A stretch of DNA of 64,000 bases from Caecitellus pseudoparvulus. Taxonomy: Eukaryota > Protista > Bigyra: Bicosoecida. This document shows, piece by piece, positions 43,540 to 54,356 of the stretch. A program made the position numbers and the translations under genes. The DNA is taken from the NCBI GenBank assembly GCA_965644315.1, contig CBFFRQ010000067.1, positions 744,001 to 808,000 on the forward strand. Direction: 5' to 3'. Below the pieces are notes generated by a model. It made no database searches and had not been told where the DNA came from. It was given only the letters and a program-made list of their open reading frames with translations. The stretch's first letter is position 1, and each line of letters starts with the position of its first letter.

Positions 43540-44002
43540 GGCAATTCAAGTGCAGGCAGTGAGACGCTCAACACGCCAAAAACCGCACCACGCCGAGGAC
43601 CGGTGTAACTGCGTCGCGGGCGCAGCACATGGTTTGCACAGACTGTAGGGGGGAATACTGTTCGGGGGGGGGATTTTGATAACGTCCTCGGTTCAAGCGT
43701 GGGTGCCAGAGGGCATGTTCAGCCGGCTTCCAGAAAGAGCGGGCACGCTCACCCCGAGCAAGGCGAGGCAAGCTCGTGCGCATCTTCTGCGAGCGCGGAG
43801 GAAAAATAAAAGCACAGCGATCCTAGCGACCTCTCCTGCTGTCGGACACTGCATTTTCCAGGCGTGCCCATCGCAAGGACTCCTCTGAGTGCTTTCGTGC
43901 GAGGCAAGTCGGAGCGGGTGGTGGTGCTGGCAGCACCAACCACTGCACCTGGCCTGGAGCGGCCAGTGAGTCCCACCCACACGAACAGCGTGGCGCGGAG
44001 GT
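43540..44002. promoter_or_regulatory. Short divergent intergenic region, probably a bidirectional promoter
   Basis: 463 bp between the head-to-head ATGs of the HECT ligase (43539, -) and the cNMP-like protein (44003, +). Inferred from position only. Confidence 0.45.
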
Positions 44003-47000
44003 ATGGCGAGCATCTTCCAGAACTTGTTTCGTGGAGGTGGAGAGTCCCGGGCAGGCAGCCAAGCTGCGGCAGAGCAGGAAGGCGACGGGGACGCCGTGCT
44101 TCGAAGCACCAGTGGCGTGCTTGCAGGAGCAGCACAGCGCGTGCGGAAACACTCTGTCGCCGATGTGGAGGACAGCGACGATGAAACCTTGCAGAGCCTT
44201 GACAAGCAAGAAATCATTGAGCGGCTCCGGAGAGCAGAGCTTGCGCGGGATACAGCTGTTGTGAGTGACAGCGCCCCGCTCACGTGCTGCACTGCACTTT
44301 GCCCCGCACCTTCCCGAGCGTGCTGCTGTCTGCTTTGGTCACCCCACGCCACCGCTGTCCGCAGGCGGAAATGATGGACGCGGCATCTTTGCATGCCCAG
44401 GTATCGGAGCTGCAGCAGCAACTTTCACAGTGTCGGGCACAATCGCTGGCACGGGAGGAAACGCTGGCTGCTTGGCAGAGCCAGGCAGTCAGCGTGGCCG
44501 CCATGGTGCAGGCTGTGCGCGACGCATTCGAGGCGCAGCGCCCCAAGCAAGCAGGCAGGAGTGTGCAGGTTGGCGTGGAGGGAGGGAGCAGCCCCAAGTC
44601 CCAAGCCTCCTCGACAGGGACGCCAGCAGCCTTTGCTGGCTCCCGGGCGGAGGGTGCGCTTGTGGTGCCTGTTGACGACGCTGATGTGAAAGTTGATACA
44701 AGCGAGCCGTCTTGTCTGGAGGACGTCTGCTCTGCGCTGGTAGAGGTGAAGGTGCACATTGCTGAGATGGCGTTCACGGCAGAGGAGGCCAAGTCAGGCT
44801 TGCGGCGGCGAGAGGAAGCGGCGAAGGAGGCGGCCGCTGCAGCCGTCGCTGAAGCAGAGAGCCTCACCACCCAGCTCATGAACGCGCAGTCCAGGATTAC
44901 GGAGCTGAACTCGGCCCTTGCAGCGGCCCGCATTGAGGCGCAGGCACTGGAGGGCGACGTGTCCAAAGCCAAGGTGGAGCTGCTCCGCGTGAAGCGCCGC
45001 TCAGCCGCCGTGTCCAAGTACAACACGTGGGGCTCACTGCCCCGCAGCGCTGGCGAATCCGTGCCCCTGGACATGACCTTTGACCAGTGGAGTGCTGGCG
45101 GCGAGGGCAGCACTCCGAGCCCCTCCGCCACAGCGACTTCCAGCGGTATGGACACGGCCGCTCCTCCGGCGGAGGAGGAAGACGGCGCTGGCGCGTCCCC
45201 CTCCCATGACAGCGGCAGGCGGCGATCTGTGAGGTTCTCCATGGCAGCAGTTCCTCCTCCGGAAACAGATTGTGGGACACCGCTGTCCAGGGGCGGCAGC
45301 ACGCCGCCCTCTGAAGCCCGCGCGCCTCGCCTGTCTGTGCAAGGGTCAGGCGGCCGCAGCCACTCCCTGTCGGCAATCAAGGCCAAGGGCCGCGTCAGTG
45401 TGTCCTCTGGCTCGTCCACACCCACCCCCAGGCAGAGCACGGTCTCGGCAACACCGCCCGCTCCTCAGCAGGCTCGCACACCCTCAGCCCCCCCCCGGTC
45501 AGCGGCAGCCACGCCAGGCTCCGCCCCCTCTGCCGCTACTGGCAGCGGGGAGAGGGGCCCATTGCCAGGGCGTCGCCGGGGGGGACACCACCGGGCTGGA
45601 TACAGCACGTTGCCGAAAGGCTTCAGTCTGGCAGGCGTGGGCCCTGAGGATTTCCTGCCGGAAGGGGCGGCGGCGGAGGCGGCCACCCCCTTCGAGCAGC
45701 CGGAGGAGGGCGGCGCGCAGCACGGCGAGGGGGAGGCAGTGGCAGCCATCATGACCAAGGTGCCCCTTTTCAGCAGCCTGGACCATCGAGAGCAACAGGT
45801 GCTGCTGGGGCGCATGGAGAGCATGCGGTTCGGGAACCAGGACATCGTGTTCAACGGCCAGGAGGGAGGCGGCGAGGCGTGGCGCAAGTGGCTGGCCATG
45901 CACGCCCATGGACGGGAGGTGGACGTGACGGGGGACATGTCAGATGCCCTGTTCCTCGTCACGGTGGGCGCTGTCACTGTCTATGCCGCCATCAGCTCTG
46001 CCACAGGCCCATTCGACATGGCGGCCAGGGCGCCCGAGCAGTCCCTGGACAGTGCCGCGGACACGGCGGCTGGCAGTGCACAGGTCAGCGCTGGAGGGAA
46101 GCCACTGCGCCCTGGTGTCGTGCGGTATGCAGCAGGATCGTGCTTCTCTGGTGCAGACGTGGGCGGGGGCGTGGCGGTGGCGCTGGGCGACACTGTGTGC
46201 CTGGCCCTTCGACCCGGCGTGCTGCCCCAGGTTCTGCAGTGGCTGGACTCTGCGCGTCACGTCGCGGAAATCAATGCCCTGAACAAGAGTGCAGACCCGC
46301 TCCAAGTGGCGCGTCTCGCTCATGTCGCGGAAGAGGTCGTGGCTGCAGGTGACTCTGGACGAGCGTACCTCGCAGCCCTGCGCCGACACGCTGACGCAGT
46401 GCAAGACCTGGCTCTCCCAAACCTGTCTCAAGACTTGTACGCCAAGTCCTCCGACTTTGCAGCTGTGTTTCAACCTGGCGCTGACTTTGAGAAGGGCGAC
46501 ATCAACCCAGAACCAACCATCCCCGCCCCACGCCCAACAGCGCCACTCGTGTCTCAGTGGACGGTATTGGGAGCCGAGATTTGCGAGGCGGCCTCCCAGG
46601 CGGTGCGAGATTTGCAACGCGAAGCAGCGGTGTATTTGAATGGTATACGGTTTGACTTGGGCAGTGCTTCTGCAGTTCTGCGCTTGGCAGTCGGCATTGC
46701 CACAGAGGCAGAGCGAAGCCTGCCGACGCTACTTGCAGCAGTGGTGGCAAACCCACACACGACGCCCGCATGTGCCATTCACACCATTACGCGTGATGTG
46801 CTGCTCGCCTGCTCCCGCACACATTCCGGCGGGGACAGCTTCGCACAGTGCTGCACGGTGTTCGGCTCACCTGGTCGTGTTATCATCACACCAGAGCCTG
46901 GCTCAGCCCCACCCATCAACGTGAACATTGCAGACGACACCGTGGAAATCAGCACGCTCAACATCTACCGCGTGACCAACGTCGAACTCGCTGGCGTGCA

Positions 47001-47514
47001 ACCGCTCTCTGCGACTGAGAGGCCCCGAGGCGCAACCAGTGCCAACCTGGGCGACGACTTCCCCGGCACGCCCCACTCCCGCGCAACAAGCCGCGCATCT
47101 TTCGACGACGTGGGCCTGCTTGCTGCTGCCACAACGCTTGCTGCTGAGGACGGCTCAGCTGAGGGGCTTGCTCTGGCCGTTCTGCGCTCTGAAGTTGCCG
47201 AGACGCTGCAATACGCGCCCTTGGCGGACCCTGACGCGATTGTGGCTGAGCTGGCGCCGGGCGAAGCAGCAGCTGCGGCAGCACCGCCCCAAGATACCCG
47301 GAGCTCCATTGCACCCAACCTGTTTGCCAGGCTTTCTTCCGCCTTTGGCGGCAAGCGAGGCAACAGCCTGACACGACGTCGCAGCCTGCGACAGCTGCCC
47401 GTCGGCGAAACCACCGCGAAAACCCCCCCTTCGCTGCTCTGCCCAGCAGTGCTGTCTGTTCGATCTGAAAGGCGCCTTTCCGTCACAGTGCATGTCCTGG
47501 CAGGGGCCTCGTAG
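44003..47514 (+). CDS. Coiled-coil protein with a degenerate cyclic-nucleotide-binding-like domain and a globular C-terminal domain; 2 exons (44003-44260, 44365-47514), 1135 aa
   Basis: A phase-0 intron GTGAGT...CGCAG (44261-44364) joins ORFs 44003 and 44284 in frame. cNMP-type motifs: KVPLFSSLD..EQQVL, DIVF, DALFLVTVGAVTVY, YAAGSCF, AVALGDTVCLAL. Confidence 0.75.
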
Positions 47515-47612
47515 CCCACTCCTTGCATTGCCTGTCCAATCACGCAAGAACCAGACACGAAGAAGACGCTTGCACAAATACACTGCACACAGACACCCAC
47601 AACGCGAAACGC

Positions 47613-48557
47613 CTAAAACTTCTGGCCTGGGAGAATGGGCGCATTCGGGTCCCGCTTCCAAGCCATGCTGTGAATCACGTGGCGAGCTGGGAATGGCGCG
47701 TTTGCCTGCGGTGGAAAGTATGGTGCCACAGCCGTGTCCAGAATCCAGTACATGGGCCAGTGAGGGATGTCCACGTCAGGCGCGTGCCGCGCTTCGTAAA
47801 AGCAACCGTCCACTCCAAACGCGATGGTGGACGCATTCCACAAAACCTGAAATGTGTGGGGCGTGGAAAAGTCCACTTCGGCGCCGTGCCCCAGGGGCGG
47901 GAACAAGCCCCCAGGCAGCACCTGCTCGTCCTCGCCACAGGCCCGCCCCCAACGATACGATCCCGCGATCGCATTTGCGAATGGGTTCCCAATCATCTCC
48001 ATGATGTCGATTTCCCCTCCAACTGGCCAACAGCACCCGTCGGCAGCCGTGCATGCGGATGGCTCTGGCATCAACCAGTGAGCCGGCCAAATGCCAGACA
48101 CGTTGTTCCCGGGAAGGGATGCCGTCACTTCAAACAGCCCATATCCCAAGGCCACTCGCCCTTTTGTGTCCACCCACCCTGACGTGTAGTTGTACACTTG
48201 CTTCCGACCACCACCATCTGGAATCGGCCCCACAGTCGGGTTCCAGGCGGTCGTCAGGGTCAGGTCGCCGCCACCGACAGCAACAGAGTCAGCAGTGTAG
48301 AGCTGTAGTTCAACAGGGCAGCAGTGGGACTCGTTATTCCTCACATTCCACCGAGTCGCATTCAGGCGATCACCTGAAAAGACCTCAACCCAAGAAGTGT
48401 CCCACTGCGACCCCTCCACGTCCAAACATGTCGCCCCGTTTGCCGTCGAAGACAGAGAGGACAGCGGACCCGACAGGGAACGTGCACTCATTGCATTCCA
48501 CATTGATGCAAGGCTCAGGACCACCAACGCATGCTGCAGCTGGGCCCGCACTGCCAT
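47613..48557 (-). CDS. Secreted glycoside hydrolase family 16 (laminarinase/beta-1,3-glucanase-like)
   Basis: Signal peptide from ATG 48557. Motifs ELQLYT, YTSGWVDTKG, YGLFEVTASLP and WPAHWLMP, with the catalytic WPVGGEIDIMEMIG (ExDxxE). Confidence 0.92.
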   Translation of the reverse strand: MAVRAQLQHALVVLSLASMWNAMSARSLSGPLSSLSSTANGATCLDVEGSQWDTSWVEVFSGDRLNATRWNVRNNESHCCPVELQLYTADSVAVGGGDLTLTTAWNPTVGPIPDGGGRKQVYNYTSGWVDTKGRVALGYGLFEVTASLPGNNVSGIWPAHWLMPEPSACTAADGCCWPVGGEIDIMEMIGNPFANAIAGSYRWGRACGEDEQVLPGGLFPPLGHGAEVDFSTPHTFQVLWNASTIAFGVDGCFYEARHAPDVDIPHWPMYWILDTAVAPYFPPQANAPFPARHVIHSMAWKRDPNAPILPGQKF

Positions 48558-48891
48558 CGCGGAAATTGCTGACCTCACGCCCAACTGCTAAAAGTCTCAA
48601 TCCCAACGTCAAGCGACAAGGCCCGCACTCTGCATTCCATTCATTAGATGCCAATGAAAAACTTAAGGAAGTTTTGTTGAGGGATTCTAAATTGCCATTC
48701 TCCTACGTTTCATCTGCAGCTCGAAGGAATTCAGTTGCTTTGCGTTTTAGTCAAAGTCAAGGAATCTACACGAGCCACGCCCACAATCTGGCACCTGAGT
48801 GTGGAATACGTTGCCAGCCTCTGTTCGTACAAGTACTGACGCGACTTTGTCCTGGGGGATACTTCAAGACAGTTTTACATCGGGAACTACT

Positions 48892-49329
48892 ACCATCCCA
48901 GGCGACGCCACAACCCCTAACCCTGCCTTTGCCCCCCCCCACGCGCCAGACCCTCTCCAATCCCCACCACAAAATGGCTCACATCACACGTCGAACTTCA
49001 CCCCACAACTTCCCTGCCACACACATACAGTCAAGGATGCACACCTCGCCGCAGCTAAGCGACGCAGTTCACAGGAAGCCCCACACTTGCCAACGCAGAG
49101 CCAGAGACAGACCCACGCTTGCCAGGTCAGGCGGTACCAAGCCACGGATGACACAGAACGCACACCCATGCAGCGTCTCTCGCGCAGGCTGCACCGCGTG
49201 CATATGGGCTGAGTTGGATCAGGGCAGGCACTCTCGTGTGTGAGCCCTCTCACGATGGGACAGCCTGAGTGCGAGCCCTCACAGGACTGTACAAGAGACC
49301 CAAAGACTAGAACGTGGCTGGGCGTGCTG
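48892..49329 (+). repeat. Left arm of a 438-bp inverted repeat
   Basis: ACCATCCCAGGCGACGCC...GAACGTGGCTGGGCGTGCTG is the reverse complement of 51329-51766. By manual alignment there are about 29 differences in the outer ~385 bp, and the inner ~50 bp are more diverged. Confidence 0.95.
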
Positions 49330-51328
49330 AAGTATCATGATGGTGAGGCAATGAAGGTGTCCATCGCTTCATCAACCGAAGAGTAGCGGAGTGAAGCTGT
49401 TCCGCATCAAACGGCGTACATGAACCGCAACCAACAAAATATCTTCAAGCACTCTCAACAGATTCCGTAAACCCATTCCGTTTGCAAAAGTACAACTTGA
49501 TACGTCCTTCGCCATGTTGTAGGCCACAAAAGCCTCGCAGGACAAGAGTAGCAAGTGCAGACGACCAAAGACATCGCGAATGACCCTTCTGTTGGATTGA
49601 GATCCAAATATGTAGCTAATGACTGTGGAGGTACAAAACCTCATGCTCATCCACTCTCGTCCCTGTTCTTCAAAAGAGCACGTTATCATTCAAGTATGAA
49701 AACCTGTGGAGTATTCCGGCCCAGTTGTCGTTGATGATGCGCTCTACCTACACATATCGAGATCGAACTGTCGGCAAGACAAAGGTATATGTGGCACACG
49801 CACGACTTCTCAAGCGTGCACAAAACGTTCTCTGTTCTGAATAGCCCATCTAATATCAGAACTTATCAATCGCAGGCAACTCTCGCAACAGTACTTGATG
49901 CTGCGAATTCTTAAGTCTCTGACATTCTGGTTGCTTTCCTTGTGTTACGTTGCGAGGCAACATGCAAGTACATTCTACACACAAGACTGCAAGACCACAC
50001 GATTGCAGTTTTTGCCTGATCTAAGAATCACGCAATGTTTGGCAGTGTCTGAATGCGTCTAGTAGAGCACAGTGCGCAGATGTGCTACTTTGGCGTACGT
50101 TGCTGAGAAATTTGCAAGAATACATTCATGTTTACATGCGCTCAGGATGAAAGCTTGCTCTGAAAAACAAATATTTGAAGAACTCAGCTTTACTGTGGAG
50201 ATCGCATGAGAGTTTGAGCCAAGCAAAGTCTTTCTTAGCTCAGATGTATGTGCAAGTCAGGTGTGCGGAAAGTGTGCCTGAAATTCTGTGCTTTGCGTTT
50301 GCAACAAATGTTTTCATGGTTATGAATTTTGTGATCGTGTTCGACAGCAAAGGCATAGAAGGGTGTATCGCGTGTATTCAAGTTGTTGCGGATGGCGAAC
50401 GAGAGCTCCAAGAGAATCTAATGCGTTTCAAGTTGCGTCAACTGTTCATGTTAAGAGGAGTTGCCTCTTTCATTGATATGTTCGTTTCTGATAGTAGAAC
50501 TTTTAGTATTCTGCGAAGGTCCTACAAGAGTTCTATTTGCTTCACGTTCTTTTTGAATCGTTTTGGGACTACTTTCCGTCTGTGTTTGGATGTCCAGTGG
50601 CAGGCTAGACATCAACGGGTTCCGGTTGTGGCATACATTTGGGACCTCGCTTTGTTTGGAACTCATGCCAAAGGCCTGTCATATGGAAACATGCTAGCGA
50701 AAGGTTGAGAAGAATGATGTAGGCCACGGTGTCATCTGAAAAGGGGCCTTGAAGTGTCGCCGTTGACGTAGACAAGCTCAATACAAAGGAGGGCGCTTAA
50801 TTGGACTGGCAACTCTGTTGCAAGGATTGCATCCGCGTTTTAGTTCCCATTGACCCTTCTCGGTGCAGAATGTGAAAGTATTCTCATAGAGCAGGGATTC
50901 ATACATAGAGGAGCCATTCGTTGATGGTACAGAATGGCAATGCTGAGGGTTGTCACAGCCTGCAGTTGATCTTGAAGTCGCCTCGCAGTCAACGCGAGCG
51001 GCACTCCTTCACCTTGAGCGGACTTTGGTTGGGATCCAAAGCATGGTACTTTCGTTGCTTTCTTTCAGTGAACGTTAGTAGATGACCACAGCTCTTTCCC
51101 GACAAGTGATTCAAAGTAGTTTGGATTCAGAGCAAGGCTTTTCGTCCCTTTTCCTGTCTTGGCGTCGCTCGTATGGTTCTGGCCCAGCCCGTCAATCCAG
51201 AATACGTGGGGCTTTCCTTCTCTACATGGGGAATGTCAGTGACCTGCCAAAAAAGACTCCAGCGATTCGTTGCTTTTGGTTGTCAAACTGCACGCTCTGT
51301 TGACTTTTCATCGGTTCTTTCCTATCCA
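49330..51328. other. 2.0-kb low-GC, apparently non-coding core between the inverted repeats (centromere candidate or decayed foldback/TIR element)
   Basis: Sampled 60-mers run from 33% GC (50281-50340: 20/60) to about 50%, visibly lower than the genic flanks. Only short unrecognisable ORFs. Confidence 0.6.
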
Positions 51329-51766
51329 CAGCGTGCTGGACCACGTTCTGGACTTTGGCTCTCTGTCGCAGTCTTTCAACGGCTCTCACTCAGGCTATCC
51401 CATCGTGAGAGGGCTCATATGCGAGAGTGCCTGCCCTGATCCAACTCAGCCCATGTGCACGTAGTGCAGCCTGCGCGAGAGATGCTGCATGGGTGTGCGT
51501 TCTGTGTCATCCGTGGCTTGGTACCGCCTGACCTGGCAAGTGTGGGTCTGTCTCCCTGGCTCTGCGTTGGCAAGTGTGGGGCTTCCTGTAATTTGCGTCG
51601 CTTGGCCGTGGCGAGGTGTGCATCCTTGACTATAGGCGTGTGGCAGGGAGGTTGTGGGGTGAAGTTCGACGTGTGATGTGAGCCATTTTGTGGTGGGGTT
51701 TGGAGAGTGTCTGGCGCGTGGGGGGGTAAAGGCAGGGTTATGGGTTGTGGCGTCGCCTGGGATGGT
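51329..51766 (-). repeat. Right arm of the 438-bp inverted repeat
   Basis: Ends ...GGCGTCGCCTGGGATGGT and matches the left arm. Confidence 0.95.
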
Positions 51767-52006
51767 CGAAGCAATGAGTGTCGGACAGAGCCGCATTGTG
51801 CTCGATGTGTGATGGTTTGGGTTGAGTGCTGGATTGCACTGCACTTTGGCAGGATTTGTCTTGGGTCAAACTCATCTGCACGGTCGTGGTGGGCCATCTT
51901 CCCAACCAGCGTCGTGTCCAATTCGGGTTGTGTTGTTTGCCGTGGGAGCAGCGCTGGGCAGTGTAGGTGGGCGTTTCGTTTTTGCGTTTCGCCGTTCCCG
52001 GGCGCC

Positions 52007-54066
52007 ATGGCGGGGATGGGCGTTTACGTACCTCCGTTCAAGCTTGCCCGGCAAAAGGCTGAGGAAAGCAAGAAAAGCGATGAGGAAGTTCAGAGGGCTG
52101 CATGGGAGACGCTTCGGAAGGGCATCAACGGTGTCATCAACAAGGTGAACGTTGCCAACATCGGCTCGCTGCTGCCGCAGTTGTTTGCGCACAACCTTGT
52201 TCGAGGCCGGGGGTTGTTTTGCCGGGGTGTGATGAAGGCTCAGCAGGCGTCTCCTGGGTTTACACACATATATGCGGCAATTGTGGCCGTTGTGAACACA
52301 CGGCTGCCTGAGAACGGCGAGCTTTTGCTCAAGCGTGTCATCATCCAATTCCGCAGAGCCTTCCGGAGGCGAAACAAGGTGTGTGCTGTGACTTTCGAGG
52401 ACTCCATGGTGCGGTGACACCCTCCCAATTGTTTTCACAGATGCAAGCCGTTGCGTTGGTGAAGTTCATTGCCCACCTGGTGAACCAGCAGGTGGCTCAC
52501 GAGGTGCTGGCGCTGCAGGTGCTTTCGTTGCTTCTGGCTCAGCCGACGGCGGATAGTGTGGAGATCGCCATTTCTTTCGTGAAGGAGTGTGGGCAGCTTC
52601 TGGCTGACGTCAGCCCAGCAGGTTTGAACGCTGTCTTTGAGCGGTTCCGGTCCATCCTGCACGGCGGCGGAGTGGACAAGCGTGTGCTGTACATGGTGGA
52701 GGCTCTGTTTGCAGTGCGCAAGGGGGGCTTCGAGCAGTTCCCTCGCCTGCTACCGGAGTTGGACTTGATTGAGGAGGGCGAACAGATCACCCACGAGCTG
52801 GGCTTGACCGACGCTATGGACAAGGAGGATGCGCTGGACGTGTTTCGCGTGGACCCAAAGTTCAAGGAGAACGAAGCGTTGTGGGGGCGCATCCGGCAGG
52901 AGATTATCGGCGACAGCGACAGCGACGGCGACAGCGACAGCGGTGAAAGCGACGGCAGCGACAGCGACAGTGCCTCTGGGTCGGACAGCGGAAGTGCAGC
53001 GCAGCCCCCTGCAGCGGCGGCCGCTGCGGTTGGGGCAGGTGCTGCGCCCGATGCTGTCGAAGCAGAGCCTATCGACCTGGCACAGCTGCGTCGGACGATT
53101 TATCTGGTGATGATGTCCAGCTTGGACTTCGAGGAGTGCGCTCACAAGTTGTTGGGCCTGCGCATTCCAGAAGAACACGCCATCGAGGTGTGCAACATGA
53201 TCGTCGAGTGCTGCGCACAGGAAAAGACGTATCGCAAGATGTTCGGGCTGCTGGGGCAGCGGTTCTGCATGCTGCGAGGGCCATACAGGGAGTTGTTTGA
53301 AGAGGTGTTTGCCCGGCAGTTCGCTAACGTGCACAGCCTGGAGACGAACAAGTTGCGGAACGTGGCCAAGTTTTTTGCACACCTTCTCAGTACCGACGCC
53401 CTGCCGTGGACTGTGTTTGAGTTTGTGCGGCTGTCGGAAGAAGACACCACCAGCAGCAGTCGCATCTTCTTGAAGGTTTTGCTGCAGGAAGTCATGGGCG
53501 CAGTGGGCATGGCAACGCTGAAAACACGGCTGCATGACCGCTCCATGCGGCAGGTGTTTGAGGGCATGTTGCCCATGGCAGACCCGCGGGCCACGCGCTT
53601 TGCCATCAATTTCTACACCAAAATTGGGTTGGGCGCTTTGACTGACGAAATGCGGCATCACCTGGCAAACGCCCCTGCACTGCTGGCTGCTCAGCGGGCC
53701 CGCGCTGCTCAGCTTGCATCAGACAGTAGCAGTGATAGTGGCTCAGACAGTGACTCATCGTCTGGTAGCTACAGCAGTCGCAGCTACAGTAGCCGCAGCT
53801 ACAGCAGCAGGAGTCGAAGCTACAGCAGCCGCAGCCGCAGCTACAGCAGCCGCAGCCGCAGCTACAGCAGCCGCAGCCGTAGTCGGAGCCCCAGTCGTCG
53901 CCGGGATCGAGGGAGTGATAGGGATCGCTCGCCGCCTCCCCGCAGCCGCCGAGGTCGGTCAGCATCGAAAGAGCGCCGTATGACAGCGCGCAGCCCGACC
54001 CCTCCTCCTCGCGCGGCTTCGACAGCTGCAGCAGCTGTGTGTGCTGCCCCCCCTGACCGGCGATGA
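52007..54066 (+). CDS. CWC22: Pre-mRNA splicing factor CWC22 (MIF4G + MA3), 2 exons (52007-52378, 52441-54066), 665 aa
   Basis: GVYVPPFKL, QRAAWETLRKGINGVINKVN, NLVRGRGLFCR, KFIAHLVNQQVAHEVLALQ, LRRTIYLVMMSSLDFEECAHKLL, ETNKLRNVAKFFAHLL, TTSSSRIFLK, RFAINFYTKIGLGALT. Phase-0 62-bp intron at 52379-52440. Confidence 0.97.
53767..53890 (+). repeat. Coding minisatellite (AGCCGC/AGCTACAGC units) encoding the SRSYS/RS repeats of the CWC22 tail
   Basis: SYSSRSYSSRSYSSRSRSYSSRSRSYSSRSRSYSSRSRSRSP. Confidence 0.85.
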
Positions 54067-54176
54067 TGTCAATGCAGTGGTCGTCGGTTTGTCAAGGCAC
54101 GTGATTTTGGTCTACCATGACGGGTCAGATCATGCACTGAGATGGTCATATAGCTTAGATCTGCCTCCCCTGGCAT

Positions 54177-54249
54177 GTCCGGTTGGCGCAATTGGCAGCG
54201 CACTTGACTACGGATCGAGAGGTTGCGGGATCGAGGCCCGTGTCGGACT
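54177..54249 (+). tRNA. tRNA-Arg(ACG)
   Basis: Cloverleaf: acceptor GTCCGGT/GTCGGAC, D arm GCGC-AATTGGCA-GCGC, anticodon arm CTTGA-CTACGGA-TCGAG (anticodon ACG), T arm GCGGG-ATCGAGG-CCCGT. 73 nt, followed by a T-run. Confidence 0.88.
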
Positions 54250-54253
54250 CTTC

Positions 54254-54258
54254 TTTTT
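54254..54258 (+). terminator. RNA polymerase III terminator (TTTTT) of the tRNA gene
   Basis: T5 starting 5 nt after the tRNA 3' end. Confidence 0.7.
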
Positions 54259-54356
54259 CCCCCTGCTTGTGTAGAGTGCAGACTGTGCGTCGGCGACAGT
54301 TTAGCGGCAAAACAAACACCTCAACCTTTTTCTCACTGACTTTCAAAATTAGAACT

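Noticed and set aside
48912-48924. Telomere-like AACCCCTAACCCT in the IR arm
   Set aside because: Only one full CCCTAA unit, and it is mutated in the other arm.
49372-50708. ORFs 49372-49689 (-) and 50175-50708 (+) in the low-GC core as transposase or viral genes
   Set aside because: They have non-ATG or weak starts, no DDE, integrase, capsid or polymerase motifs, and atypical composition. They cannot be supported without a search.
48880-51776. Target-site duplication around the 438-bp inverted repeats
   Set aside because: The 9-bp flanks match only 5/9 (GGAACTACT vs CGAAGCAAT), and a TA duplication would need a mismatch (TA vs TC). Not convincing.
48053-52008. ORFs 48053-49243, 48799-49212, 51415-52008 and 51446-51844 that resemble each other
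   Set aside because: The similarity comes from the inverted repeat itself, and a 2-bp indel shifts frame between arms, arguing against coding constraint.
53767-53890. Regular repeats resembling a CRISPR or non-coding array
   Set aside because: These are in-frame RS/SY codon repeats of the CWC22 tail, with no unique spacers, in a eukaryotic context.
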